Shown in pieces: positions 1 to 9,119 of a stretch of 58,867 nt of DNA. Below the pieces are notes generated by a model that ran no database searches, was not told where the DNA came from, and saw only the letters and a program-made list of their open reading frames with translations. Each line of letters opens with the position of its first letter. The stretch's first letter is position 1. Source of the stretch: a virus (taxonomy: Duplodnaviria; Caudoviricetes); the IMG/VR virus record IMGVR_UViG_3300034062_004791, positions 1-58,867 of that record; one strand, given 5' to 3'. A program made the translations under genes and the position numbers.

Positions 1-168
1 AGTGATACGTGAAGCATCAACACCCAGATTAGAAGCATACTGAGCAAAAAGTTGAGCAACAGTTTTACCCTGATAGTTGGCGGGAGTAACTGCATAAGCC
101 TCCTCATTGACCAGAAGGGTCACAGGGGCAGACTGATCTTGAGCGCGAACGTTGTTGAGAAATTGCAT
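1..168 (-). CDS. Partial small protein, possibly ThiS/MoaD/ubiquitin-like; runs off the window edge
   Basis: ATG at 168 reads open to base 1: MQFLNNVRAQDQSAPVTLLVNEEAYAVTPANYQGKTVAQLFAQYASNLGVDASRIT. It has its own promoter upstream and is absent from the ORF track. The fold call is tentative. Confidence 0.6.
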   Translation of the reverse strand, partial: MQFLNNVRAQDQSAPVTLLVNEEAYAVTPANYQGKTVAQLFAQYASNLGVDASRIT

Positions 169-229
169 AATAAAAAGAAAGTGGTAAACGACAGTGGTTG
201 TGGTGGAGGTTTCCCTCACCGACCCTTAT

Positions 230-288
230 AGTGTACGGCATGGGATGGAGAGTAGCGACCAGTCAAGACCAGTTCAAGAAGTGTCCAC
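230..288 (-). promoter_or_regulatory. Early promoter element (palindromic box plus -10)
   Basis: Box gaccagtt-caag-aagtgtccac at 267-288; -10-like TACACT at 230-235 on the minus strand. Confidence 0.6.
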
Positions 289-294
289 CAAACA

Positions 295-315
295 AAAAAG
301 GCGGCCATGGCCGCC
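295..315 (-). terminator. Rho-independent terminator
   Basis: GGCGGCCATGGCCGCC inverted repeat followed by T6 on the minus strand, directly at the stop of ORF 315..536. Confidence 0.85.
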
Positions 316-536
316 TAATCATAAACACCCCAATGCTCTTTTACATAAATCAAAAATTCTGGGATGATTTTCTCATTATAAAATGGATCCAACTTTCGAT
401 CCTTAAAGATCCTAAGAAGCATGTTCGGTTGATACCGGGACAATACATTTGTATAACATTGCCCCCAATTGAGTCTTGGGTAGTTTTCGTCATAATCATC
501 CACGACTTCTTCAAGATAGCGTTTAAATTCTGTCAT
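315..536 (-). CDS. Hypothetical protein
   Basis: 73 aa; ATGA-coupled to the upstream HNH gene and followed by a terminator. Confidence 0.7.
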   Translation of the reverse strand: MTEFKRYLEEVVDDYDENYPRLNWGQCYTNVLSRYQPNMLLRIFKDRKLDPFYNEKIIPEFLIYVKEHWGVYD

Positions 537-1075
537 GATTGTTTAATGTAGGCTTTTTTGTTTATTTTGTATGAGGATCCCCTTTCGCTGAAGATAAAAA
601 TTTCTTCTTTTTGATTATAGGGATTAATATCAATTTTTTCAATAATCCCTTTATATATTAATTTTCTATGAGACTTTACATAAAGCTCCTTACCTTCGAT
701 GGGTCCTCGATAACTTATAAAAGGAACCACATCGATTCCACTACCTTTTTCTCTGTTACACACATAGCACATTGGTTGAAGATTTTCGATATTATCTTTT
801 CCTCCAAATACTTTAGGAATTATGTGATCAATTGTAATTTCTATGTCATCTGATGACAGAATTGACCAGAAAATTCTATCGTGTCTTTGATCCTTATACT
901 TCCTCAATTTAATGGCGCATCTACCACAAGAAACACATGTGTATCCAATCTTCTTAAAGAGTTTAATTCTCTTAGCAGTACCTAGAAATCTAGACGAATA
1001 TATTTTGTCCGAGACAATAACATCTTCAAAAGAAAGTTCTTTTAGAAGTTGGGGCTGAGGTTTCTTTTTTGCCAT
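533..1075 (-). CDS. HNH endonuclease
   Basis: CxxC...TIDHIIPKVFGGKDNIENLQPMCYVCNREKG motif. Confidence 0.9.
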   Translation of the reverse strand: MAKKKPQPQLLKELSFEDVIVSDKIYSSRFLGTAKRIKLFKKIGYTCVSCGRCAIKLRKYKDQRHDRIFWSILSSDDIEITIDHIIPKVFGGKDNIENLQPMCYVCNREKGSGIDVVPFISYRGPIEGKELYVKSHRKLIYKGIIEKIDINPYNQKEEIFIFSERGSSYKINKKAYIKQS

Positions 1076-1077
1076 TA

Positions 1078-1287
1078 TTAAAAAAGAAGTTGGTTTAAAA
1101 TCTGGTGTTTAAGTGGAGTCGGTGTTCTTGGGTCGATGTCTATTTGTTTGACACGACCAGAATATTCGCTATATGCAAATAGCGAATATTCGGCCAGACG
1201 TTTACCGTCCATCCATTCTCCGACCTTATAAGACTCGATGTATTCTGATTGGCTATTGGGTCCTATTGCAAGGAGTTTCATGTTCAA
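1078..1287 (-). CDS. Hypothetical protein
   Basis: Tightly packed in the minus-strand gene run. Confidence 0.6.
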   Translation of the reverse strand: MNMKLLAIGPNSQSEYIESYKVGEWMDGKRLAEYSLFAYSEYSGRVKQIDIDPRTPTPLKHQILNQLLF

Positions 1288-1529
1288 GAAAGAATTTTAC
1301 GAATTTTGTCTCCAAGTAGTTCCATAATAGTCTTTTTTCTTGGTGTCCATGAACTGTAGTTTATGCAAATATTTCGATAAATTTCTGGGTATTTATGTAT
1401 TATACCACAATAAGACCCACCGGCTTTCAGACACTTATCAAAATCTGCGCCGTGGTAACTTATACTACAATGGTCGCAATTACGGCAATTAATTGCAAGA
1501 CCAGAAGTTGGATCAATTTGATTGTTCAT
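1284..1529 (-). CDS. Small Cys-rich (Zn-finger-like) protein
   Basis: CRNCDHC...C...C...C pattern, similar to 2840..3127 and 31777..32016. Confidence 0.65.
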   Translation of the reverse strand: MNNQIDPTSGLAINCRNCDHCSISYHGADFDKCLKAGGSYCGIIHKYPEIYRNICINYSSWTPRKKTIMELLGDKIRKILS

Positions 1530-2056
1530 TTTAGAGATTTCAGAAGTTTGGCAACTTGTTCTTCGCTCATTTGAGAGAGCAATTGTTTGGCCTGCTCAAT
1601 TTTGTAGTCATTGGGATCATCGAAGGTGGATTTTGTGTTAATTTCATAGGCACCCTCACCGTAGATTTCTACGATGGCCCAATGTTCATTACTAGATGCG
1701 GATGTTCCGTTTTTCACATATTGTCCGACTTGGGACAAATTATAAGTAGAAGTGACGTTTGTGATATGTTCAGAACCCCTGGCTAGTTTTACATAAACTT
1801 TCTGCCCCACAAAATCATCTAGGTTGATATTGGGTGCCTTTTGGGCGATACCATTACCTTCAGATGGAGTCAGGATTTTAATAATTCTAGGTTTTGACTT
1901 TCCTACTCCAGACTCAGTGAACAACGAACCAGAAATCTTATAAGGATACACTATATAAGGAAAATTATCCTTTTCAAGTGGTCCAGCTAATACAGATTGG
2001 TCACGAAGTTCAACGACGATGGTTTTACCAACGTATTGTGAAAGGTCGATAGTCAT
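1526..2056 (-). CDS. Internally duplicated protein with Sm/LSm-like motifs; paralog of 29310..29855
   Basis: IDLSQYVGKTIVVELRD and INLDDFVGQKVYVKLAR repeats; EIYGEGAYEI is shared with the paralog. Confidence 0.65.
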   Translation of the reverse strand: MTIDLSQYVGKTIVVELRDQSVLAGPLEKDNFPYIVYPYKISGSLFTESGVGKSKPRIIKILTPSEGNGIAQKAPNINLDDFVGQKVYVKLARGSEHITNVTSTYNLSQVGQYVKNGTSASSNEHWAIVEIYGEGAYEINTKSTFDDPNDYKIEQAKQLLSQMSEEQVAKLLKSLK

Positions 2057-2065
2057 AAGATTGGA

Positions 2066-2446
2066 TTAGGAAAAGTTGCAGATTTGGTTTAGAACTTGAG
2101 ATTGAATCTCGGAACATTCGGAACTTGTGAGAACAATCTGTTGTGTTTTGTTGTCATCGCCAACGATAAACAAAAGATAGTCGGAAATTCTCCGACCCAA
2201 AAAGAAACTAGCAATCGTATTAGCATTACGATACATCGTTGAGCCAGGATTCTGGATATCAACAACAAGTAGTTGTGTGTTTTTGGCCTTTTCTCGCATT
2301 TGATGCTTACGCAGTTCTGAATAGAGGTCGGAAGCTCGGTCAGCCATAGCTCTATTACCAGCATTGAAATACCTTTCTTGGAGGGAAGTAAGGCCACTAA
2401 GAATCATTTCGTATTCTTTGTCGGAAACTTCGATGGAGATGCTCAT
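2066..2446 (-). CDS. Hypothetical protein
   Basis: 126 aa ORF in the gene run. Confidence 0.7.
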   Translation of the reverse strand: MSISIEVSDKEYEMILSGLTSLQERYFNAGNRAMADRASDLYSELRKHQMREKAKNTQLLVVDIQNPGSTMYRNANTIASFFLGRRISDYLLFIVGDDNKTQQIVLTSSECSEIQSQVLNQICNFS

Positions 2447-2468
2447 GGTAGGTTATGTTGTGAATTTG

Positions 2469-2762
2469 TCAAATAAGACCAAGAATTTCTTTTTCTTCTT
2501 GGGAGAGTTTGTTAAGTGCTTGTTCTTTGAGTTCTTCTTTTCGTTGCTCACTTTCCATATAATCATACTCAAGTACCTCGACTCTTTTCATATACCAATC
2601 CCCATAAGGCTGTTCAGACCATTTTCCCCTACGGCCCATGACACCTTCTTGGGCATCAATATAATCGACCGCATGTTGCCTATGAAGAAAGGCGAGGTCT
2701 GGAATGCTTGGTCCTCGGCCTTCTGTCATATCGGCATTTCGATAGGTTTGCCAAATAATCAT
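2469..2762 (-). CDS. Hypothetical protein
   Basis: First gene after the promoter element at 2786-2843; KEQALNKLSQEEKEILGL tail resembles that of 47155..47505. Confidence 0.75.
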   Translation of the reverse strand: MIIWQTYRNADMTEGRGPSIPDLAFLHRQHAVDYIDAQEGVMGRRGKWSEQPYGDWYMKRVEVLEYDYMESEQRKEELKEQALNKLSQEEKEILGLI

Positions 2763-2773
2763 GGTTTTGTGGG

Positions 2774-2843
2774 TGAACTGAGTGTATTATAGGGGATAAT
2801 GACCGCGAATGGAGACTAGGGTGGACGGTTTAAAAACCGTTAC
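2774..2843 (-). promoter_or_regulatory. Early promoter element
   Basis: TATAAT at 2786-2791; box gtggacggtt-taaa-aaccgttac at 2821-2843; 2774-2798 is identical to 4837-4861. Confidence 0.8.
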
Positions 2844-3127
2844 CTAAGCATATAGGGAGGGTTGAAAAAATCCCAAATAAGTTTCCGCCAAGAATTCTTG
2901 GGCTTTTCTTGTACTTGCACTTCTTTTTGTTCAAAGTCCTTGGCATATTTACCACACATAGATTCATTTCCCCTAACATCATTAATCTTATAAAAAATTA
3001 AGTGGTTGCCACCATTTAGATAATCAGGGAATGATTCATAATATTTTGAGCATTCGGCACCCTCCATAAAATCTAGATACATACAATGTTTGCATTCCAG
3101 ACATGCTGGGATAGATTCGTTTGACAT
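2840..3127 (-). CDS. Small Cys-rich protein
   Basis: CLECKHC...C...CG; preceded by a GGAG RBS and its own promoter. Confidence 0.75.
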   Translation of the reverse strand: MSNESIPACLECKHCMYLDFMEGAECSKYYESFPDYLNGGNHLIFYKINDVRGNESMCGKYAKDFEQKEVQVQEKPKNSWRKLIWDFFNPPYMLR

Positions 3128-3151
3128 GGAGACTCCTTAAATTACAGGGGT

Positions 3152-3209
3152 ATCATATGGCATTCAGAGCACTTTAGACACCTCAAGTGGACAGTTTTTC
3201 AACTGTCAC
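3152..3209 (-). promoter_or_regulatory. Early promoter element
   Basis: TATGAT at 3152-3157; perfect core GACAGTT-tttc-AACTGTC within 3187-3209. Confidence 0.8.
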
Positions 3210-3732
3210 AATACTTACTGACAAGAAAATCAACATAATCATCTGGTGCTTCTCCAAGGTCCTTACCATCAGGAACAACCTCAACATAATCACCAAAATT
3301 GGCTAATTTTCTTCCAGCATCATCATTATCACAAACAACAATGATTGGGCGATTTAGCATTTCTAGCCAGTTTTTATAATCTTTTGGTGGATTATTTGCA
3401 AGAGTGGCAAAGGCCGATTGTTTTAATTCGGTCATCCGACAAGCATCAAAGATGCCTTCGGTTAGAAAGATAGGACCATCAGAAACATAATAACTTTCCA
3501 GGCCCCAGATTGCGATGGTTGGTTGGTTTTTATTTCTGTAGGTATAATATTTTCCTTTTTTCGGGCAATTAAAAACTTTTTTACATCCCTCTGGTTGATA
3601 TTGTTGGTAGCCCACCAATTGACCCGAGAGATTATAAAGAATAAAAGTTGCAATATTTAGTTCTTCATCAAGAATTGGTCTATGAAGTTCTAGGTCAAGA
3701 TGCCGTTGTTTTAGGTGGGTCTTTATGTTCAT
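3199..3732 (-). CDS. Stand-alone TOPRIM-domain (DnaG/primase-like) protein
   Basis: IFLTEGIFDA, IIVVCDNDDAG and KDLGE motifs; no Zn-binding domain; ATG at 3732 preferred. Confidence 0.85.
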   Translation of the reverse strand: MNIKTHLKQRHLDLELHRPILDEELNIATFILYNLSGQLVGYQQYQPEGCKKVFNCPKKGKYYTYRNKNQPTIAIWGLESYYVSDGPIFLTEGIFDACRMTELKQSAFATLANNPPKDYKNWLEMLNRPIIVVCDNDDAGRKLANFGDYVEVVPDGKDLGEAPDDYVDFLVSKYCDS

Positions 3733-3970
3733 AACCAGTTCCGCCACAATCTTCGCATCCTAAAGTTTCTATAATTGGTTCCTCTGCATAAACATAATAC
3801 CCATCTGCATTTATAAGAACTTTTACGAGTCCGGTTCCATCGCATGTTTCACATTTAAGTTTTGTAATCATTTTCTTTAGTCTTTCATTTTGCTTCCTAA
3901 GAAGTTCGGTTTCTTGTTTAAGAAGTTCGGTTTGCTTTCTTATTTTTTCTCTGAGATTACTTTGGTCCAT
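3695..3970 (-). CDS. Coiled-coil plus DnaJ-type Zn finger protein
   Basis: Heptad N-terminus; CETCDGTG and CEDCGGTG (CxxCxGxG) motifs. Confidence 0.7.
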   Translation of the reverse strand: MDQSNLREKIRKQTELLKQETELLRKQNERLKKMITKLKCETCDGTGLVKVLINADGYYVYAEEPIIETLGCEDCGGTGYEHKDPPKTTAS

Positions 3971-4183
3971 TCATTCTCCGCTCAAGATGAGGTCATCGAC
4001 ACCCATACAGGTTTCAGTGCTTTGCCTTGCCTCTACACATTTTACATAATTCATCAACCTTTGTTTCTCATGTTCAGTTTGATCAAGGTGGGAAATAGCC
4101 ATAAAAGGTATGACTGAAATAATGATTAGGACACCAACTAGAAAAATTTCAAATCCAGTAAAACCTTGAGTTTCGTTGTTCAT
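3971..4183 (-). CDS. Small membrane-anchored protein
   Basis: True start likely MNNETQ at 4183, since the longer ORF reads through a promoter; one TM helix followed by a Cys pair. Confidence 0.7.
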   Translation of the reverse strand: MNNETQGFTGFEIFLVGVLIIISVIPFMAISHLDQTEHEKQRLMNYVKCVEARQSTETCMGVDDLILSGE

Positions 4184-4205
4184 GGCGGTGATGGTTGAGT
4201 TGTGT

Positions 4206-4264
4206 GTATCATAAAGCAAAAAGGACCCTATGAGTGGGTCCTTGTGCCAGTTGGTCGGGTGTCT
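4206..4264 (-). promoter_or_regulatory. Early promoter element with stem-loop
   Basis: TATGAT; hairpin ggaccc-N-gggtcc flanked by an A-run; box gtgccagtt-ggtc-gggtgtct. Confidence 0.8.
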
Positions 4265-4266
4265 AC

Positions 4267-4818
4267 TTATACCCCACAAGTAGCCATTTGTTCTTGTTGA
4301 GACTTTTGAACAAACTGAGTGATTTCACTTGAGAGTTCGTAAGATTCTTTACGGGCCTCCTCAAGAATTGGGTCAATGAACCACTTCATTACCAGTTGTT
4401 CTGGGAGTCCTTTATATGACTCTGTTTTTAGATTGAGGTTAGACTGCATAATCCAGAAAAATGGCTGAGCATAATGAGACAGCATATTCGTAGCAATTTC
4501 TGTAATATCGATAGTAATATTAGGAAAATAATCAATATCATTCATATAGAGAGCTTGTGCATAGCCTGCGATACAGTGAGAGGTCCCACAACTATTTTTT
4601 GTGTGCCAACTATTCATATTAAATCGGTTTTGATTAGACTTAATAATAGAGGCAACCCTTACAAGATTACTCCATTGCTCGGCTGTGATAGAACTTCCAC
4701 TATTGAAAATGTCATCATTCCGAGAAAACATAAAAACACCTGGCCTTACACCAGTAATTTGTTCAGATTCAGCAAGCAGAGCAAAATAGTTGTTCTTGAA
4801 ATCAATTGGAGTCAACAT
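4267..4818 (-). CDS. Hypothetical protein with FNMxxW...CGTSHCIAG motif
   Basis: Recurrent phage Cys/His motif of unknown function. Confidence 0.75.
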   Translation of the reverse strand: MLTPIDFKNNYFALLAESEQITGVRPGVFMFSRNDDIFNSGSSITAEQWSNLVRVASIIKSNQNRFNMNSWHTKNSCGTSHCIAGYAQALYMNDIDYFPNITIDITEIATNMLSHYAQPFFWIMQSNLNLKTESYKGLPEQLVMKWFIDPILEEARKESYELSSEITQFVQKSQQEQMATCGV

Positions 4819-4836
4819 AATTTAAAATGAGTTGGT

Positions 4837-4905
4837 TGAACTGAGTGTATTATAGGGGATATTGATGGGAGGTGGTAGGGTCCTTGTGCCAGTTAGTCGG
4901 GTGTC
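4837..4905 (-). promoter_or_regulatory. Early promoter element
   Basis: TATAAT at 4848-4853; gggtcctt-gtgccagtt-agtc-gggtgtc. Confidence 0.8.
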
Positions 4906-5172
4906 CTACCATACATACACTTCTTTTTGATAAAAATTCCAATTTCCTACAATTTCCTTTGCATTATCTCCAAAAAATCCATGAGTAATTCCAGATGGGT
5001 TCCGTCTCCCTAGAATATCGCAACACACAGTCAACTCTTGATAAGACGCATAAACCACCGTATTAGTTCTAGGTGACATAAATTCATTTAGTTCCTCATC
5101 TGGGATAAATTGACCTAGTTTAATCGACAGATCGCCTTTTGAATTATTAAATTTAGAAATAAGTAATGGCAT
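4906..5172 (-). CDS. Hypothetical protein
   Basis: Start MPLLISK at 5172, downstream of the promoter at 5196-5252. Confidence 0.65.
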   Translation of the reverse strand: MPLLISKFNNSKGDLSIKLGQFIPDEELNEFMSPRTNTVVYASYQELTVCCDILGRRNPSGITHGFFGDNAKEIVGNWNFYQKEVYVW

Positions 5173-5195
5173 AATGAGTTGATTGAACTGGAGAC

Positions 5196-5252
5196 AGTAT
5201 AAAAGAGAATTGGCTGGTCTGGTCGGGTCCTTGTGCCAGTTGGTCAGGTGTC
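5196..5252 (-). promoter_or_regulatory. Early promoter element
   Basis: TATACT; gggtccttgtgccagtt-ggtc-aggtgtc. Confidence 0.8.
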
Positions 5253-6172
5253 TCCAGTGCAATCCAAAAAGTAATGATAATGAGCCGAATTGGGTGGGAT
5301 ATAGCGAACCACCACGCAACCCTTGTACGTGTCAACTTCCTCAAACTTTTGTGGTGGTTCTTTAGGTGCCACTGTAATATTGGATACAATATACATCGCC
5401 AAAAATGTTGGTATGGAAAGTATAATGCCCAAAAGTACACATTCGCCAATATTTAAAAGTGTTTTCATAATAATCAACAGATCACGAAACGATGAAACGA
5501 TGAGATTTAAAGATATCGTATCCATAATCAGTACTAACAAAGAATCCCAATTCTTCCAACCTCTTCTTATCCTCAGAGGATACATAAAAAGGTGAAATTA
5601 CAGGATTAACAGTCAAAGAATTGTTTTCACAATGGAACAATGGGGGTTCAAAATTTCCATATTTGGAAAAGATTTGGAGTGCTTCAATTAGGTCGTTCAT
5701 AATAATAATTCAAATTTCGTCTACAAAACTAACAGTCGGAGTAAGTCCTTGAATTTTGTACTCCTCAATTTTCTTGAATGTTTCTGTGGTGAAAGAATCA
5801 TCTTCTAGTTCTTTTTGACTAGCAAATTTGAGAAATAAGTTGTAATCATAAGAATCAAGGTCTTTTGATGGGACTATGCTGTTTGCATCAAAAAATTCAA
5901 CTTTACCGGACTTTATGAGTTCTTCTAATTCTTTAATTTTCATTTTGATAAGTGTTCTCGTTTGTCAAGTTCTTCTTTTATTACAGAAAGTTTTTGATTA
6001 ATTTTTTTTCTATTTTCTCTCCATTCAACACAAGAAGAACAATCACAATACCATACCCAGTCCGCTGCATAAACGTGTAAATACTCTCTTTCTTTACGAT
6101 AAACCTCCAAGAGACGATGAGTGGGGAGTTTAAGAATTGTTTCTAGTTTGTTTCTGTTAGGGTCCATAATAT

Positions 6173-6520
6173 TTAAATCGTCTCCATTAATTCTTCAAAA
6201 AAATTAATATTGGCAATCCGTTTTTGAGCATGTTTGGTCAACTCCACAAGAACTTTGGTTGTTGGTGAAATATAACCATCCCATGTTTGGTTATGCTCTA
6301 GGTAATCTACAAGTTCCACTAGATACTTGATAGAACAACTACTAATCTCAAAAGATTTCCCAACAATCCAATTATCCGTGATAAAAGTATAAAGAACAGG
6401 AGCCGGTTCTTGGCTATTGCACACCGCCTCAAACATGTCATTACGAAAATCATGCATTTCGTCATTCTCTAGGAACAAACGAACCACATTGCTAGTTGAA
6501 GACTGATGCTCAAATTTCAT
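6173..6520 (-). CDS. Hypothetical protein, first of a small-gene run (also ~5244..5468, 5482..5700, 5710..5943, 5940..6167)
   Basis: Co-oriented, abutting ORFs below the promoter at 6548-6606. Confidence 0.7.
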   Translation of the reverse strand: MKFEHQSSTSNVVRLFLENDEMHDFRNDMFEAVCNSQEPAPVLYTFITDNWIVGKSFEISSCSIKYLVELVDYLEHNQTWDGYISPTTKVLVELTKHAQKRIANINFFEELMETI

Positions 6521-6547
6521 GATGAATTGCCGTTTGGTTATGGGGTA

Positions 6548-6606
6548 ATTTTAAGAGAAAAAGGACCCTGGTGGTAGGGTCCTTGTGTCAGTTGGTTATG
6601 TGTCAC
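6548..6606 (-). promoter_or_regulatory. Early promoter element with stem-loop
   Basis: ggaccct-ggtggt-agggtcc hairpin with A-run; box gtgtcagtt-ggtt-atgtgtcac. Confidence 0.8.
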
Positions 6607-6607
6607 A

Positions 6608-6931
6608 TTACAGAGGAATAAAAGTAATTTTCTGGCCAATCCAATTGTACAAAGAAATGATGCTGTTTTGGTCATAGGCAAAATCATCATAACGAGGAAG
6701 TGTTCCACAAGACAGGTCCAAATTCTTCTCTAGTTTAGAACCCACCAAGTTTGGATTGTATTTGCTTGAGAAGATTTTAAGGGCCAGTTCTGACCTACAA
6801 GAAAGAATGTGTTCTTGAGTGGCCCGATAGGTTTTGTCTTGGGTATAATGAGAAAATGAGTCGGAAGTTAGTGGAAATACCAGGAAGATAATTCCAAGAA
6901 CTGATAAGGCGATTGCAAGAGAACGGTTCAT
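6608..6931 (-). CDS. Membrane-anchored or exported small protein with Cys pair
   Basis: Hydrophobic N-terminus; ILSCR...SCGTLP resembles 47502..47738. Confidence 0.7.
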   Translation of the reverse strand: MNRSLAIALSVLGIIFLVFPLTSDSFSHYTQDKTYRATQEHILSCRSELALKIFSSKYNPNLVGSKLEKNLDLSCGTLPRYDDFAYDQNSIISLYNWIGQKITFIPL

Positions 6932-6933
6932 TT

Positions 6934-7296
6934 TTAAATGGAATCAACCAACTGAGAATATCGGGGGAAATTACACAAGTAGTAAAACTCACTATTATCC
7001 CAGAAATCGTTTTCAATTAAATAGTCCCCAACCTCCTCATTCAGAAATACATGAACAGGATGCTCCTCAAGATATTTAATTGTACGATTGTTCCTGGCTT
7101 CATTATGAATATCATCTGCTTGATACATTAGGTAAAAAGAGCCGATTGTTTTCTTGAACAAGTCAACAATACGTTCTCTGGTAAACTCAGTAGTATCACG
7201 ATATACAATCATTTGCACAATAGCAAACGTCAATGGTCGTAAGGTACTACCAAAATCATTGTCAGAAAATCTGATACCGATGGAGTGAATTTTCAT
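6934..7296 (-). CDS. Hypothetical protein
   Basis: 120 aa, co-oriented with neighbours. Confidence 0.7.
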   Translation of the reverse strand: MKIHSIGIRFSDNDFGSTLRPLTFAIVQMIVYRDTTEFTRERIVDLFKKTIGSFYLMYQADDIHNEARNNRTIKYLEEHPVHVFLNEEVGDYLIENDFWDNSEFYYLCNFPRYSQLVDSI

Positions 7297-7310
7297 AATA
7301 AGTTACTTTT

Positions 7311-7604
7311 TCAGATTCCAGAAGTAGTAGAAGTAAAATAGGAATAAGCAATGGCCATGCATATATCATTATCTCCACCCTGCCATTCTTGGTAAGATTC
7401 TACCAAGCCCTTGCGTTCCAGAGTTCTCCGCACAGAGTCCCGAGTCAATAAAATGAAGTTATGAGAATACTTCCCTAAACTCTCCATGTAAGCATAGAAC
7501 TTCTTTTCAAAATCAGCCGGATAAGTGCATCTGTTACAAAACGCCAAGTACTCTAGGGCTTTATTGAGATCCTCCGGGGTGGAGATACCTTGTATCTTAT
7601 CCAT
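7311..7604 (-). CDS. Hypothetical protein
   Basis: 97 aa, co-oriented with neighbours. Confidence 0.65.
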   Translation of the reverse strand: MDKIQGISTPEDLNKALEYLAFCNRCTYPADFEKKFYAYMESLGKYSHNFILLTRDSVRRTLERKGLVESYQEWQGGDNDICMAIAYSYFTSTTSGI

Positions 7605-7680
7605 TGAGGCTTTTCCAATAGGCGTAGATAATGAAGTAGGATAAAAGAACTGGTAAAACCAAGATGATTATTGACATAAT

Positions 7681-8412
7681 TTACTTTTTGAGTGTGGGCA
7701 TAAGACGCAGACCATCTCGGAAGATTGCATTTTTAAGATTAGTTCTAAGGTCTGCAATCATTTCCAAAGTAAAGAGACTATTGGCCAAGAACATTTTCTC
7801 AAGTTCTTCCCGAATCCGCTCAATAGAAACCTTATGAAGCATTTCTGCCCCAAAGTCACTATTGACCGCATCCCAGGTGTTAGGTTCAATATCGAATCCT
7901 TTGGTGATATGGAACCTCAGGGCTCGCATAACCCTTAGACCATCTTCTGTGATTCGGTCGGTTGGATTACCAACAAATCGAAGAAGATTGTTGTTAAGGT
8001 CATCTAGGCCACCGAAAGGGTCAACTACTTCACCATTAAGGATGCAAAAAGAATTTACGGTGAAATCCCTTCTTTTTAAATCGTCCATCAAAGTTCCAGG
8101 TAGAACAAAATCAGGACGGCGACCATCAGTACTCGGACCATCTTTTCGGGCGAGAACAAAATCAGCAACGTTGGTGCGTTCTTTTAGTGGATGGCCATCA
8201 GGAACTTGTGCCCGAACAGTAAAGAATTCAGGAGTCTCAAGGAATACTTTGAATCCATTGTTTTTTAGATGTTCAACCAGATGGTTAAATGCGAACTCTG
8301 CATTTACAAACATATCGGGATTTTCTGGAATTGCAACAAAATCAACGTCTTTGGATTCTAGGCCAAGAAACTTGTCTCGGACTGCACCGCCGACTTCTGC
8401 AAAAGTAAACAT
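7681..8412 (-). CDS. cca: Class II tRNA nucleotidyltransferase (CCA-adding/polyA polymerase family), compact
   Basis: VGGAVRD...DVDFV, DLKRRDFTVN, EDGLRVMRALRF and SIERIREELEK motifs. Confidence 0.92.
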   Translation of the reverse strand: MFTFAEVGGAVRDKFLGLESKDVDFVAIPENPDMFVNAEFAFNHLVEHLKNNGFKVFLETPEFFTVRAQVPDGHPLKERTNVADFVLARKDGPSTDGRRPDFVLPGTLMDDLKRRDFTVNSFCILNGEVVDPFGGLDDLNNNLLRFVGNPTDRITEDGLRVMRALRFHITKGFDIEPNTWDAVNSDFGAEMLHKVSIERIREELEKMFLANSLFTLEMIADLRTNLKNAIFRDGLRLMPTLKK

Positions 8413-8573
8413 TAGTCCTGGAGTGAAGAAATAATTGTTGCTAATAGATTTAAAACTGCACTAGAACCACAAAACCCAACAAAGAATGGGAGTGAAACTT
8501 GAGCAGAAATGACTGCAAGAACACCAAAAATAAGTGCTCGTTGAAAATATGCGTTTGGGTTTTCGGAAAGCAT
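8412..8573 (-). CDS. Small membrane protein (53 aa)
   Basis: MLSENPNAYFQRALIFGVLAVISAQVSLPFFVGFCG...; stop overlaps the cca start; below the ORF-track cutoff. Confidence 0.6.
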   Translation of the reverse strand: MLSENPNAYFQRALIFGVLAVISAQVSLPFFVGFCGSSAVLNLLATIISSLQD

Positions 8574-8612
8574 TGGATTTCAGGTAATGAGACAGTTCCT
8601 TAAGTATCCTAT

Positions 8613-8843
8613 TTAATCAACCCTGTTAAGAACAGCATAGATTGCATCAGAAGATACGGCAGTGGAATTACAAATCAATCCACGAATCTGTGTGAGTGCC
8701 TGTTCTGGTGAAATAGAGATTTTTTCTACGCTTTCAATTTTCAAATTTTTATAATTATCAAGATAATTTTTTAAGTCATATTCAACACTATTGGTATTGA
8801 GAGCAACGGAATCAAACTCAATCGTAGCACTGTATCGGGGCAT
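8613..8843 (-). CDS. Hypothetical protein
   Basis: GGAG RBS and its own promoter. Confidence 0.7.
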   Translation of the reverse strand: MPRYSATIEFDSVALNTNSVEYDLKNYLDNYKNLKIESVEKISISPEQALTQIRGLICNSTAVSSDAIYAVLNRVD

Positions 8844-8870
8844 TGGGGAGTTCTCCTTGTGTGTATGAGA

Positions 8871-8931
8871 GTATTATACAATGAAAAAGGACCCTGATGC
8901 TAGGGTCCTTGTGACAGTTACTCAGGTGGCT
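8871..8931 (-). promoter_or_regulatory. Early promoter element with stem-loop
   Basis: TATAAT; aggaccct-gatgct-agggtcct; gtgacagtt-actc-aggtggct; the leader is nearly identical to that at 10790-10817. Confidence 0.85.
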
Positions 8932-9119
8932 CCTCGTTGTTGGTTAATACGAATTTCATCCAATAAGAGCCAAATAAAGTTCCCACTAAAAATGGTTGAA
9001 CAAACTCTTCGGGAAATCTTAATGTTACGAACACTATCAACAATGGACCAGCAACAAATACAATGAGGTTCTTTAGTGATTTCATGAATTCAATGGGAAA
9101 TACGTCGTTTTAAAATCGT

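Noticed and set aside
4184-5319. Shared TNWHKDP peptide in ORFs 3971..4279 and 4906..5319
   Set aside because: Artefact of translating the promoter repeat; the true starts are downstream (4183 and 5172).
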